A program made the position numbers and the translations under genes. The notes below the pieces were generated by a model. The model searched no databases, was not told the origin of the DNA, and saw only the letters and a list, made by a program, of their open reading frames with translations. A stretch of DNA of 64,000 nucleotides from contig OZ024740.1 in the NCBI GenBank assembly GCA_964016885.1, positions 412,300,001-412,364,000 on the forward strand, given 5' to 3'. Of this stretch, positions 1 to 13,711 are shown in pieces; position 1 is the first letter of the stretch; each line of letters opens with the position of its first letter. This DNA comes from Eledone cirrhosa. Its lineage: Eukaryota.

Positions 1-114
1 GTCAAGAGAAAGGGATGGGAGAATTGTTCTGGTTCGGTGAATATGGTTAGTTCACCCCAGCGAACTAACCATATTCACCAAACCAGAACAATTCTACCAT
101 CCCTTTCTCTTGAC
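1..114. repeat. Near-perfect fold-back inverted repeat (may extend beyond the window start)
   Basis: gtcaagagaaagggatgg...ggttagttc is the reverse complement of gaactaacc...ccatccctttctcttgac, with a ~8-nt loop. The right arm resembles ~29220-29330. Confidence 0.9.
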
Positions 115-680
115 CATTATCTTTCACTTATCATAAAATTCTCTAAAAAGGCTACAGAATGGATTTCCAAATAAGGGCACGAAAAGTTAATGAAAACTTG
201 TTCACGTGACAGCCATAATTTCATTTATAACCAAACAAAAAAAGCCTTCGTGAGCCCCTTTTTTCAAGTAAAAAGAAATTCAAACACTCATATATGAAAA
301 AACAACCTGTGACAACCCCCCCCCCCTCTTATTTGAAGAACTATTATAACGCGAACTGGCGCGAGATTTATTATAATTATTGACAAACCAATCAAATTAC
401 TTCTCGAAAAACCTGGCATTTCGAGCCACTTTTTCCATATAAAACAAGTAACATTCAGAGACCAACCAGATGTGAGAAAAACCACAGACCCTCCATCTCA
501 ACTCACCTTTTGAAAAGCAGAAGAACTGCGAAACCGGTAAAGGAACCAAATAAATATATATATTTTCTAAAATAATAAGACTCCAGTTGCATTTTCGATT
601 TCATCTCTTTTTCTTTATACTTTCACTCGTGTAGGACACCGGTTATTTTTCATTTTGTAAAAAAAACCTCACTTTCTAAT
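60..680 (+). mobile_element. Non-coding PLE pseudo-LTR-like repeat (family A) with variant hammerhead
   Basis: Related copies at ~12596-12805 (-), ~28325-28500 (-) and ~29000-29330 (+). Carries an HHR motif and ends at a (TA)n tract. Confidence 0.6.
506..543 (+). ncRNA. Minimal type I hammerhead ribozyme, U3:A8 variant
   Basis: CCUU-UUGAAAA-GCAG aagaa CUGC-GAAA-C cg G-UA-AAGG: stem I CCUU/AAGG, stem II GCAG/CUGC, palindromic stem III ACCGGU, GUA site. Confidence 0.75.
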
Positions 681-697
681 ATATATATATATATATA

Positions 698-933
698 TAG
701 GAAAAAGTATGACCCCGACGGCAGAAATCAAGCCGTTTCGACTGCTATTTCTCGACTAAATTAGAGTTTTTATCCAGACTAAACACTCTAATTTAGTCCA
801 GAAATAGCCGTTGAAACGGCTTGATCTCTGCCGTCGGGGGTCATACTTTTTCCTATTTCCTTCTATACTACCCTAAGTATTGAGTACTCTGGTGCGTTAG
901 GGTCCATCTGGTTCCTTACCACAATTCCTTTGT
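698..933. mobile_element. Fold-back fragment of PLE terminal repeat family B
   Basis: ~80-bp inverted arms (698-855). The 3' tail ctaccctaagtattgagtact...ggttccttaccac is shared with ~45775-45840. (TA)n on both sides. Confidence 0.7.
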
Positions 934-1322
934 TATATATATATATATATATATATAATTTAGTTAAAGGATTATTTAATGTTTGTTTGTTTTGCTCATC
1001 AATTTTTATAGTTCTGGTATCTCGAATTAGTACCATAGAACAACAATTATATTATAGACACCCTATATATTTCTATGGGTACTTAGTACTCAGTCAGATA
1101 TTTACCTCATTTTTATATATTCTCCAATCTATGTAGAGAAAAAATTCGTTGTTGCTTACTGCTATTTTTTTAGCAGCCAAGCCATCAACAAGTCTGTAAT
1201 ATTCCCGCTTTCACTAGCGGCCGGTTCACGTGTGGGTCACTTTAACGGCCATAACTCATATGAGCTGGTAGTTGGCATTATATTTGCAGACCGTGTGACG
1301 TATGTCCTATAGAAAGGAAATA

Positions 1323-1401
1323 GCTATCTGATGAAATGTACTTTCCGTTGTAAATTCTCTGAATTTCCAATCTTTTGTAAATGGAAACCGCCGGTAATAG
1401 C
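1323..1401 (+). ncRNA. Type I hammerhead ribozyme motif with extended, imperfect stem II
   Basis: GCUAU-CUGAUGA-(~50 nt)-GAAA-CC gcc GG-UA-AUAGC, with a 5-bp stem I. Confidence 0.65.
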
Positions 1402-1480
1402 ATTATGAACAGGTAAATAATTTAAATCATTTTTTAATTTATTTAAAGGATTATTTAATGTTTGTTTGTTCTGCTCATCA

Positions 1481-1539
<59 letters not shown>

Positions 1540-1540
<1 letters not shown>

Positions 1541-2952
1541 CAACATGGCAATTCCTTGTAACTTAGCCAGAAGTATCTGCACAATAGTTTCAGATAAATA
1601 TGCATGCTACACACGACTAGAACAATTAAAAAACACACTTATCAGCAGAAACTACCCTCCATCCCTAATCAACAATGGATTCCAACATGCCCTAAACCTC
1701 GACATCCAGAAACTCAGAAACCCCAAACCCAGGAAAGAACCGCAACAGAAAACTCTACCATACATCTCCACACACAACCCCCTCAACAATGAGGCATTCG
1801 ACACCATCCTCCAGAACATTCATTTACTAAAAAGAAACCCAAGAATGAACAAAATCCAACAAACCCTCACAATGAACCCTACAGTAACAAATTTTTGAAG
1901 GCTCAACTCTGCCATATGCATAAATCTAATAGAAGGTTCAACATTCCATTTTAAACAAGGACAACCTTTCACAGTTAAACACAACTTTACATGTGCATCT
2001 GAAAACCTAATCTATGTTTTGACCTACTCAGGTTATCAAGAGCACTACATAGGACAGACAAAAGAAACAGCCCCCGACAACGTATGACCGTCCATAAATC
2101 ACAAATCAAAATGTAGGAATACAGAAAGATTGTGTTTAGTGAGCATATCGCCAATCGTGCATCCAACCAACATCCAAATTTTAACATTTTCCTCATTTAC
2201 AAATTCATAGACATGGCTACTTTCATCCATCGTACCAATAAGGAAACGCATTTCATTAACAAATTCCAACCACTACTTAATGCACTAAACTTCGGACTAA
2301 ACTAAAACTGGAACGAATAATCAAACAATTACTAATACCTATGCCTCTCTAAAGAGTTACCTCCCTAACATCCTACCTAATCCTTTTTCTTATATAAATT
2401 AAATATCATCCAACGTCAACTACCTCCCCCTGCATATTAACTTTCTAAAGATGGAAATAATATCAAGCCCCAGTCCACTATTTGCTTCCATCATGAATCA
2501 ACTAAGCATTCTTGCTATATTAACACATTTTGATCTGCTTATCTTCAAGAACTATGCCTGTAAATAACATTATATTTTCTTTCATATTGCCTTATTATGT
2601 TCCACATTACGTCCCTTCTTTTATTTTTTATTTTCACTTCGTAAACCTTGTTTGTAAATAACATTATTCTTTCTGCACCATTTCTTTAACATATCCAACA
2701 CCACCATTCTACACCAATATATATTATTATCATTTGATAATGCATAAAAATGATGAAACCGGTAATAGAAAATTGTTAAATAAATAAATAAATGCCATTG
2801 TTAATTAATAAATAAATTAACTAATACCTTAACACTTCACACAAAGTAAAATATTTCGTTTTAATCATTTTCTAACCCAGAAAAAAAGAGAGAAACAAAT
2901 AAAGAGGGAAAAAAAACATTTTTCTTCCTAATAAGCGTCTTTTTCTCCTTGT

Positions 2953-2960
<8 letters not shown>
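1540..2960 (+). mobile_element. 5'-truncated Penelope-like retroelement (RT C-terminus + GIY-YIG endonuclease, decayed) with 3' repeat
   Basis: ORF 1458-1898 contains IPCNLARSICTIVS...RNYPPSLIN...LPYISTHNP. Downstream frames read FTCASENLIYVL and YIGQTK..RQRMTVHK. Degenerate UUGAUAA...GAAACCGGUA motif at ~2733-2768. Starts and ends in (TA)n. Confidence 0.85.
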
Positions 2961-3026
<66 letters not shown>

Positions 3027-3150
3027 ATATACATATGTATATAATAAACAAGAAAGACGGTTTCATTAGTACTTTCCTATGTATTTTGTTATACGTATTA
3101 CAAAGACGTAATGCAATTGTATAATAGCTGAACTACGTGTTCTCTTCACA

Positions 3151-3318
3151 CAAAAAATGCAAACACGATGTAAATGTCCATTGATATGTTACCGGTCATA
3201 CGTGTTATTCTCTTCGAAGACCAGTAAGCATATGTCCGGATTTCATACCGGTCGCGAACGGAATAGTACGTATGACCGGTAACATATCAATGGATATTTA
3301 CATCTCGTTTGGATTTTG
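3151..3318. repeat. Short inverted repeat / MITE-like hairpin
   Basis: gatgtaaatgtccattgatatgttaccggtcatacgt versus acgtatgaccggtaacatatcaatggatatttacatc. Confidence 0.8.
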
Positions 3319-3385
3319 TATATATTTTCTATAGTCGTATCCTTTTAATGTTTTACGTACCCATTGCCTCTATCTCACTTGTGAA

Positions 3386-3557
3386 TCGGCAGTATCGGTA
3401 GAGGGTTGGACGCCATGTTTTCTAGCATAGTTACGTCCCTTTACGGTCTGAATTCAAATCCCATCGAGGTTAACTTTGCCTTTCGTCGTTACGGGATATA
3501 TAAAATAAAGTACCAGTAATTACTGGCCTTGTGCCAAAAGTAGAAACAATTATTATA
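3386..3557 (+). mobile_element. tRNA-derived SINE (family S1)
   Basis: A-box-like GGCAGTATCGG, B-box-like TTCAAATCC, body gcctttc..ttacggg..ataaaataaagtaccag, (ATT)n tail. Confidence 0.85.
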
Positions 3558-3953
3558 TGTCCGTAATATATTTTTATTTATTGTCTTATCGGCTCTGTAT
3601 CATAGTTAGGATTCTTTTTTATTTTGTATCTTTATTTCTTTACCTGTTTATATTCATTCGCCCATTTATACGCGTATTGCCTTATCTCCTTAATGCTTAT
3701 TTCAAACAATATAGCAGCGGACGTCAGGCAGACGGGTCGACACGGATGGATACGTTGGACAACTTGACAAGCTCAATTATAGGAAGCTCCCAGATGTGAT
3801 CTGACCGAAATCCAACAACTGAATACGGTGACACATCTCTATGACAGACTCTCTGGTAGCATATAAGAAGGAATCGGGATAATATTCAACCACACTCAGG
3901 CGCGAGTCTACATGTTAAAGCTTCCGATTCCAGAATCAGGTTAGATTATTAAT

Positions 3954-4136
3954 GCAGTATCGGTAGAGGGTCGGACGACATGCTTTGCAGCAAAGAGTGA
4001 CGGCCCTTTATGATCCAAGTTCAAATCCCGCCGAGGTTAACTTTGCCTTTCATCCTTACGGGGTCGATAAAATAAAGTACCAGTAATGCACTGGTATTTG
4101 CTGGCCTTGTGCCAAAAAAGTAGAAACAATTATTAA
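3954..4136 (+). mobile_element. tRNA-derived SINE (family S1)
   Basis: Same consensus as the copies at 3386, 13321, 41700 and 61151. Confidence 0.85.
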
Positions 4137-4252
4137 TAGATCGTCCCGGAGCTGATCGGCAGTGAAATATATGTAATATGTAATTAAATATGTATATGAT
4201 GCAACACTGATTCTTTGTACCCTTATATATTAATACTATATATATTATTCAT

Positions 4253-4769
<517 letters not shown>

Positions 4770-4777
4770 ATGCACAT

Positions 4778-5313
4778 GTAATCTGAGTTTTTCGAATATT
4801 AATAATAATATTCGATTCGTTTGCAATTATGCTTATTATTCAAAAAACTCAGATTACATTTATTGTATTCAGCCATGTAGTGCGAACATTTTTTTTCTTT
4901 TTATTTGAATGTGGCAAAGCCGGCCATTGATCGCTCGTATACAGGAAACTGACTGGCCAGTCTGCTGATACGCAAATCTGGCTGATCACTAGATCTGACT
5001 GATCAGCTAGTCTGACAAATCAGGCCAATCAGTCACTCTATATTTTAGAAAATAGCATATATTTTCATAGCTCTGACAGTTGGCAGGTGAACAGTGAAAT
5101 GTACTGATGAAGGGCGATACCCAGAAACATAAGGGTGTGCAGTTCTGTTTACATGTCAATACAAGAGCAAGAAATGAGGGGGTCATTCCACTGACATGGC
5201 TTTAAAAATGAGGCTTGTTTACATAATTGCAAACGAATCGAATATTATCATTAATATAAAAGAAAATAAGAATACATTTACTATATTTAACCATGTAGAG
5301 CGAAAATTTTAAT

Positions 5314-5320
<7 letters not shown>
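4778..5320 (+). mobile_element. Non-coding repeat family C with decayed hammerhead (~5100-5141)
   Basis: Homologous to 55541-56440. UGUA-CUGAUGA-aGGGcgauaCCCa-GAAAC with a mutated cleavage triplet. Confidence 0.7.
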
Positions 5321-5403
<83 letters not shown>

Positions 5404-5417
5404 TACATATATGTTTA

Positions 5418-7741
5418 CATATATATATATATATATATTTCGTTTCTGAATTTGTTAAGCAAGATTCTTTATCTGAAAACGTGCGTTGAAACCGATATTG
5501 TTATGCTTTGGCTGGGTCATGTTACCAATAAGAAACACACGCCCCAGTTGCTTTCAATCCAATTTATTATAAATTAAATTTTTAAATTTAAGAATTTATA
5601 AATTTCAGGTTGGTTGGTTGGTTCCACAACTAGATGATTGTTCATATATTGTCAAAGTTCTTTCGTCAGACATTATGTGACCTCTTCAGTTACTGGGGAT
5701 TCTTTTCTTTGTTTTTGTGCCTCTCCTTTGTTCTGTCCTACGCCATTTTGTTTCTGTGTGTGTTGTGTGCTTAGTTTGCGAATCTGTTACATACGGGTAT
5801 CTGTGTGTGTTTATATTTGTTTATTTATTTGTTTATTTACTTGTTACTGGTTGGTTGTTTGTTCTGTGTGTGTGTATGTTTTCATTTTGTCCTTAATTGT
5901 AAGTTGTGATGTTGCTATTCCATTCATGTTTTCTATTTAATTTTGGGTGGAGTTCATTTATGTTTATTGCCTCTGTGATTTGTCTAAACATTGCGTCTTT
6001 TACGTGTGTAGATTCTATTTTTATTTCTATGTTCTCTAATTTACCTTTATGTTCTATTTTAGCATCTTGATGGAGTACAGATGATTCTTTACTATCTTGA
6101 AGCTCTCGCCAGTGTTCATTTATCCGTTCTCCTATACTACGAGCTGTCTCACCTATGTACACTATATTCTTATCTCTACATTGACCTTCAGTACATCGTA
6201 TGCTATATACTACATTTCTAGTTTTACAGTTAATATGGGGGCTTAGTTTACAGATTATACATTTCTTATCTATACAGGGAGGTCTTTGAAAAGGGTATGT
6301 ATTGCTAATAAGTGTTTTTATGGAGGTACTAGGTCTTTCTACTATCTTAATATTAAGTTTAAGTTTATCTAGAACCCTTCTAAATTTGTAAGCTAATTCA
6401 CCTCTAGTGGTTGTATTACACTCTGGTATTTATTGCTATCATACCATGAGATTATTATATTAACCTTATTCCTAGTTCTTTCTATTCTATTCCAAAATTT
6501 GCTCCTATACAAGGGGCAGGTCCCATTTGTATCATTATTTACCATTTTTCCCATTTGGTTCTGGCTCCTCTATATACTCTGATTTTATCTCTCTGATTGT
6601 AACCAGAGAACTGCATACTGTGGATGAAGTGTTGTATGTGTATCTTAGTTCTTTGGGGTTGCACATGCGGGACACGTTTCTCATCACCCGTACCAAATCC
6701 GCAATCAGTATGTTGATTTTGGTGTGGTCCGAAACAGCTGAGTTTCGGTGGATCAGATATTTGGAAGTCATGGGTTTGGCATAATGGGAATGGAGGATTT
6801 GTTTTTTGTTATTAATGGTTTCTAACCAGAGCCCTGTGTCTAGTACAGGTAATCGATGGTCGGGGTGTTTGCTTGGGTAGTCTATAGTAACTCTAATACT
6901 CTGGTGGATGGAGTTAGCTATTTGCTGGATGCTTTCCATGGTGTTTTTCTCTAATTACTGACTGTTTTCTATTGGGGGTGCTTTTACTACGATGTTTATA
7001 TCATCAACGTAGCGGGAATACATTATCAGGGTTAAGAGGTTGCTGTCTTCTAATTGTTCTTTAAGTTTAAGTTTAAGTCTATTGTCCCACCATACCATGA
7101 GTAGGCTAGCTATATCACCTACAATGCTAACACCAATGGCTTCTCCCTCCTCTCGGGCATATGTTTTTCCATTAAATTTGAACATATGTTCCTTAAGGGT
7201 TAATTTTATACTGGCCCCCACCGCATGTGCAATAATTTTATCTAGTTCATCGTGGTTTTCGGGGGTCCGTATGGCTCTAGTCCACCCGTTCCATCTATCT
7301 GTGTTGGTTTTCTTGGCCATTGAGGTAATGGTAGGTGGTCTGCCTCTTACTGGTTTTGTAGGACACAGGTTGCTAAGGTCATATGTATCTAGATAATCAT
7401 TACTATAAGTAAGTTTAAGTAGGAGTCCCAGCTCACTGGTATCAATCTCACGGAATTCAACATTGCTCTCACTGATCATTTCTACTCATTTCTCCACAGC
7501 AAAATCCTCGTCAATGGATGGATATAGGGACGCAACTTCCATTCTACCTATTATGCAGTTTGTTAAGTCCCTAGATCGGTTATTTTCGCTGATTCTGCTG
7601 AGGAGGTCCTCCGTGCTGTCACATATATCTGGGTACATTTCAATGATGGCGCGTATGATCAGGGAGAGGAAGTAGGAAAGTCTGTAGTTACTAGTAGTTA
7701 CTAGTAACTACAGACTTTCCTACTTCCTCTGCCTGATCATA
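5418..7741 (-). mobile_element. 5'-truncated Penelope-like retroelement (RT, GIY-YIG, 3' pseudo-LTR; family D)
   Basis: ORF 6955-7479 has EGEAIGVSI...YSRYVDD, 6535-6939 has LPVLD...HYAKPM, and 5893-6162 has YIGETARSIGERINEH...EAININELHPKLN. Frameshifted. pLTR ~5418-5880. Confidence 0.92.
5651..5693 (-). ncRNA. Hammerhead ribozyme motif in PLE pLTR (family D)
   Basis: Reverse complement: GUAA-CUGAAGA-gGUCA...UGAC-GAAA-G aa C-UU-UGAC. Confidence 0.7.
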
Positions 7742-8077
7742 TATGACGTTAAATCTTGGTATACGCAGGAGATGATCTTCGGTTCAATACTATTGATACG
7801 CAGGGATATTCAGTTTGCGTGTGCGTATGGCTGTGTGTGTGTGCGTGCGTACCAGAGTGAACAACTTACTTTCAATGTTGCGGATTTTTACATTTATTTA
7901 TGTATATAGTGATATATAGAACTTACACATAGAGAAACGATAAATAGATTGACAGAGGTTGAGACATGTCGAAATATATATATATATATATATATATCCG
8001 GATGGATTTAGTTTGAAACTGGTTGGACCATTATTCAGAGTATTTGGGGGGAAGTAGTGTATGCTCATTTTATAAAT

Positions 8078-8755
8078 AGTCGGGACCCGACGGCTGAACT
8101 CTTGCCGTTTCAACAGATAGTTCCAAACTGATTGCAAAAGGGCTTTGCAGTTAATTGGCTGTATCACTGGGGTTGTGTTTTGTCCAAATAAGGGCATATT
8201 TTATTAATCCAAATCTAAATTCTCTTCATATAAATGTCGATATATGACTTAGTAAGTGTTTATATGTATTTGTGTATCCATATGCACACCTGAGTCCATC
8301 TACCTGGTCAAATTGAGATAGAATAATCGTGAAGAATGGGTGGAATTATATTTATTATATTTAACGAGAAAATATATCAGGTTGTGTTTATATATGTCTG
8401 CTCCCAAGCATGGTTATCGCGACCTGTTTACTAAAGGTCACGATAACCATGCCTAGGTGAGGACATTCACACACACGCGCAACCTAATATAATTTTTCGA
8501 TAAATATAATTTCACCTCTTCTCCACGATTATTCTATTACAGTTTGACAAGGCAAATACCCTTGGATGTGTACATAGCCGCAAACATGCATTATAAACAC
8601 TCACTAAGCAAGATATCCTCATTCACAAACACTCACTAACCATATATAAAAACAATAACACATATATGAAGAGAATTTACAAGTGGATGAATAATGTTTC
8701 GACAAACCACAACCCCCGATTATACAGCAAGGGCTCAGCGGTAGGGTCCCGACTC
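8078..8755. repeat. Old diverged inverted repeat related to PLE family B, with central hairpin 8409-8453
   Basis: gggacccgacggc...gccgtttc at the left end, gggtcccgact at the right end, and recognisable reverse-complement blocks between them. Confidence 0.6.
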
Positions 8756-8886
8756 TTTACATTGGGGACTCGAAAATGGTTTGCTAATTTGCTATGGAAT
8801 TAACTATATTCCGAAATCGTGCTCTGGTCTTAGTGCTTTACTCACTACGAATATAACGTCCCGGGTTTTACTACTATGTATATATG

Positions 8887-8947
<61 letters not shown>

Positions 8948-9176
8948 ATAAGTATTTGGTATCTATTTTAATGAATAATTTGCTTCATGTGTAATTATTA
9001 TTTTTACCACAATAGGATTTTTATACATGGTTGTTTGGAAAATTCTTTCAAAGAAGTATAAAACTTCTTATTATAATAAATTACACTATGTTGAGCTCTT
9101 TTAACTTTTCCACCTATGTTTCTAATTATTGATATTTGTTTTTGTAAAAAAGTTATATCTATTTCATATATATATA

Positions 9177-10032
9177 CAGGGTGTCCATAAAGTCCCTTTA
9201 CAATTTAAAAAAATATATTAAAAAAGCAATTGATAAGATGTCTTAATCAGATTTGTTCTATGTACTTCGTAGTTATTAAAGTTTTTAACCACATTGCATT
9301 TGTGTATTTCGGGTATACTGTTGCTAAAAGAAGTACTGTTAAATAAACCCCTAAAAAATGTCTACTCCTCAAGAAAGGGTTATGACTTATCCAAACGTGG
9401 ATTCAGCGAAACAAGCGAAATAAGTATGGAAGAGATGAACCGATACGTCCATCAATTCGTGCATGGCATAAGAAATTTATCATTGGTCAATCTTTCTTCA
9501 ACGAGACATCAATTACTGCACATTTTCACCTTCAACGTGGCACCATATGTGGCACCACAACTAGATGACCTTCAACCAACTATAATTTTTCAGCAAGATG
9601 GTGCACCACCACATTGGGGACTGCAAGTTCCTGGATTCCTAAATCAAATATTTCCAGACCGGTGGATTGGAAGGGATGGCCCAATTTTCTGGCCACCTCG
9701 TTCGCCAGATATCACTCCTCTGAACTTCTTTCTATGGGGTTATCTTAAAGATATCGTGTATCGAACAAAGATACGAGATCTCACTGATATAAAGTAAAAC
9801 ATCACTGATGTCATTGCCACCATTAATGAGGCTATGCTACAGGGAACATGGCAAGACATCCAGTACCGTTTTGATGTCCTTCGTTTAACTAATGGTGCCA
9901 TATAGACGTGTATTAAATTAATTAACAACTTCAATATTTTCTCCTTATTTTGTAATAAGTTTCCCATATTTGTTTTTTGTGTTGTTTTGTAATAATTTTT
10001 TTAAATTGTAAAGACACTTTATGGACACACTC
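9177..10032 (+). mobile_element. Internally deleted Tc1/mariner-superfamily DNA transposon
   Basis: TIR CAGGGTGTCCATAAAGT...TTTACAATTTAAAAAAA after TA, with an inverted copy at ~9990-10032. Transposase fragment FQQDGAPPH...WIGR...WPPRSPDITPLNFFLWGYLK in ORF 9294-9797. Confidence 0.92.
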
Positions 10033-10299
10033 TCTCTTTCGCTTTCTCTCTCTTTATATATTTATATACATATATACTGTATATATATGTGTGTGTGTGT
10101 GTATGTGTGTGTATGTGTGTGTGTGTGTATATGTGTGTGAGGGTAGATAAGGTTTTGTTTATATGTACCTGGAATCAATGCTTAAACAAGAAAACTGCTG
10201 ACCAGAGAGTTTGACTCGACGGCATCCTTTGAATCGTATAACAAATCTCCAAGCAGAAGAGAATCCGGAGTATATTAATATAAGCAAGTATTGCACCAA

Positions 10300-11302
10300 G
10301 AAAAATAAAACGTCGGCGTGAAGAGATTATGAATCTATTTGATTTGACATGTGTCTATTATAAAATATCTAGATGTGCTGACTACAATATATATTGTTCA
10401 ATTATATGCAATACTTTGAATATTTTCAAGAAAATGGTAAGTGCTCACCCACATATTTAAATACACCAGTTTAGCTAGATCTACGACCCTGGCGAAAGAA
10501 ATCTGCGATCTTATGCGCGTTGATATTGAATACACACTACATTGGTCCGTGCTAAAATTCACCCGTCCAGACCGGAATGAAAGACGCCCGTGTGAACTCT
10601 GTTTGGCGGATGTAATTGAAATAGCGACTGGAAAGGACCTTCTAAATTCCCGGCACAATAGGCTATGTTATTGCAAGCTCAAGGTTCTAAAAACCTTCGC
10701 TAAATACAAACTGGAAAAGAACAATATTCGATCCCTAATACGTAGATGTTACAGCGTCTTATTTCGTACATTTCCTGTGGCATTTGAAATTTTCACACCC
10801 AATGGATTAGTAATATTTAAAAAAATCCTATTTTCTTAATTTCTTCCCTCTTACCCACTCTAGCCTGTATTCAACTCTGCCTTATCTTTCTCTGTCCCTC
10901 TCTTTATACCTCTCTACTCCCATTATGGTAAACACCAAAACCTTCAGCTAAACCAATTGTCAAAGAATAATTGTTCCACATCAAGGCACACAGTTTAATA
11001 GCGTGAAACTCTTTACCCCACTCCTTTTCCTCTCTACTATCACACTAACAGACTGTATTTCATCCGATTTTTCACTCATTTACATTTTCTTTAAATGAAA
11101 ATATCGTTGCTAAATTACACAGCCTAGTGAATAGTTGTACTCCACTCTTATATACTTTCTGATGAAGTATAATAAATAATTAAGTATTGCATATGTTTGA
11201 ACAATATATATTGTAGTCAGCATATGCAGACAATTAAATTGACACAGAAACATATGTTACAGCAAATAAATTCATAATCTCTTCAGGCCGACGTTTTATT
11301 TA
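10300..11302 (+). mobile_element. Penelope-like remnant (endonuclease C-terminus) between ~115-bp inverted repeats
   Basis: ORF 10441-10839 has TTLAKEI...W....CELCL...LLNSR, resembling the PLE C-terminal Cys motif. Inverted arms at ~10302-10416 and ~11182-11302. Confidence 0.65.
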
Positions 11303-12475
11303 TTGTGTGTATATATGTGAGTGTGTGTTTATAGGGAAATACATAAATGAATATGCCCATGTTCCTGAACGCCCATGGATGCATGCATGTTTGTATGAAT
11401 GTAATTATTTTCTATTCCTGAGATTATTGTCATCTCATTTGATGTTAACTACCACTTGGCTTCTGCAGCGTAGTGTTACATGCTACACCGGATGATGGAA
11501 ATAGATGTTTTCACCAGCAGATATAGAATGACATGAATGAGTTTGATATATGACGTTGAGAAATGAAATAACATAAAATGAAATGAAATAGTGAATTAAT
11601 ACATTATTGTACGTTCATTTCAGAGAAAAGAATCGTTGGTGTACATACCAATCAAGGATAGTTATACAAGTTATACAAGGATAGTTATACAAAGATAGTT
11701 GTTTTTTGTCTTTTTTCTTCTTTTTTCTCCAAAAGAAGCTTATACTCTTTGTTATTAGGAATTCACAATGTTCGTCACACGTATGAACACACACTCTTGA
11801 CAGGTGAAATATGTCCGAACACGGAGGAGCCGAACTCCCTCCGTCATTCCCCCCATCTCTCTCGCCCTCACCATCTCTTTCGCCTCGCTATCTCTCTCGC
11901 CCTCCCAATCTATGCTTACTATGAGCAAATGGGGTCCCAGATACTGGCTTCCCCACAGCCCCCGTAGACAGAATAGAGAAGGTTTTTTCGCCGGAGGATG
12001 GTAAGGGAGATACGTTAGTCACGTTTCGAAAGATGTAGAAAACCAGTTTTTAGAAACCGAGATAATCTAATTTGTATCCTCAAAATTAATATATAAAAAC
12101 GTACAGTGAGGATATTCAATATAGAACTCGTCAATGTGTCTCATATCTAGATTCCAGTGACTGAGCTTTGTTTTTTTAGCGAAAAATTAGTCGCTTTCTT
12201 CAAAGAAATATTTCAAACGATTCACAAAGAAAGTAAAAAATACGTACATATATATTTGAATTCGCACAGATGTAGATCAGGTGGATGCATGTACGCATCG
12301 ATTTATTCATTAATGTCTGTACATATATGTGTATAGATATTTATTTGATCTCAGGAGAATGAACAAATGCACTTAAGCACTTGTATGACAAACACATACA
12401 CACATGTTCAAACATTCACACATATAATGACACATGCACTCATATTGCATGATTTCATATATATCTGCACTTGTA

Positions 12476-12532
<57 letters not shown>

Positions 12533-12556
12533 ATTTATGTATATGTGTATATTTAT

Positions 12557-12601
<45 letters not shown>

Positions 12602-12726
12602 GTGAGGTTTTTTTACAAAATGAAAAATAACCGAGGTGTCCTACACGTGTGAAAGTATAAAGAAAAGAAGATGAAATCGAAAATACGAAGTCTTATTTTT
12701 AAAAGAATGTATAGATTTATTTGTTT

Positions 12727-12764
12727 CCTTTACAGGTTTCGCAGTTCTTCTGCTTTTCAAAAGT
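12727..12764 (-). ncRNA. Hammerhead motif, family A (U3:A8 variant)
   Basis: Reverse complement: CUU-UUGAAAA-GCAGaagaaCUGC-GAAACCUGUA-AAGG. Confidence 0.65.
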
Positions 12765-12952
12765 AGAGTTGAGACGGAGGGTCTGTGGTTTTTCTCACGT
12801 GAGAATATATATATATATACAAAGGTTATATTGTTGGAAATCAAGAAACTTAAAAGTTTTATAACTGATATAAAGCACTCAACAGTTGTTGAGTAAATAT
12901 TCATTATATTAATAAATGGAAACAATATTTATAAAACCATAACTATTTTAAA

Positions 12953-12992
12953 ACGGTTGGGGGTTCGCTGGATCCAGCGAACCTCCAACCGT
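12953..12992. repeat. 40-bp near-perfect GC-rich palindrome
   Basis: acggttgggggttcgctggatccagcgaacctccaaccgt, one mismatch, centred on GGATCC. Confidence 0.9.
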
Positions 12993-13040
12993 CAAGGTTG
13001 TTCTTCAGCGGGTATGACAACATTTATAATACAAACTTTG

Positions 13041-13106
13041 TATTTTTTCTGATGAAAGCGCACCAAAATTTGCCTCGGTTGCCCTTGAAATATATATAAT
13101 AAAATA
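13041..13106 (+). ncRNA. Hammerhead motif, family E
   Basis: UAUUUUUU-CUGAUGA-AAG..GCACC/GGUUGC..CUU-GAAA-UAUAUAUA-AUAAAAUA. Homologous to the 20064 and 20964 copies. Confidence 0.65.
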
Positions 13107-13150
13107 ATTATGATTTTATAAATATAGCTTCCATTTATTAATATAATGTG

Positions 13151-13229
<79 letters not shown>

Positions 13230-13320
13230 GTGTATATATATATGTGTATATTTATTAAATAACAGATTAAAGTTTAAGCAAAGAATTTGGATTTTAGTCT
13301 TCACATTTATTATTATTATT

Positions 13321-13615
<295 letters not shown>

Positions 13616-13711
13616 TAAATATATATATGTAAGAGGTGAGTTTTATTATACCACAATAAAGCAATGTATATATCGGATAAGTAGCACTCAACAGTTTATA
13701 GGACTGGAGTG

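Noticed and set aside
11150-11295. CUGAUGA/CUGAAGA words near the PLE remnant
   Set aside because: No correctly placed GAAA-stem III-UH arm was found.
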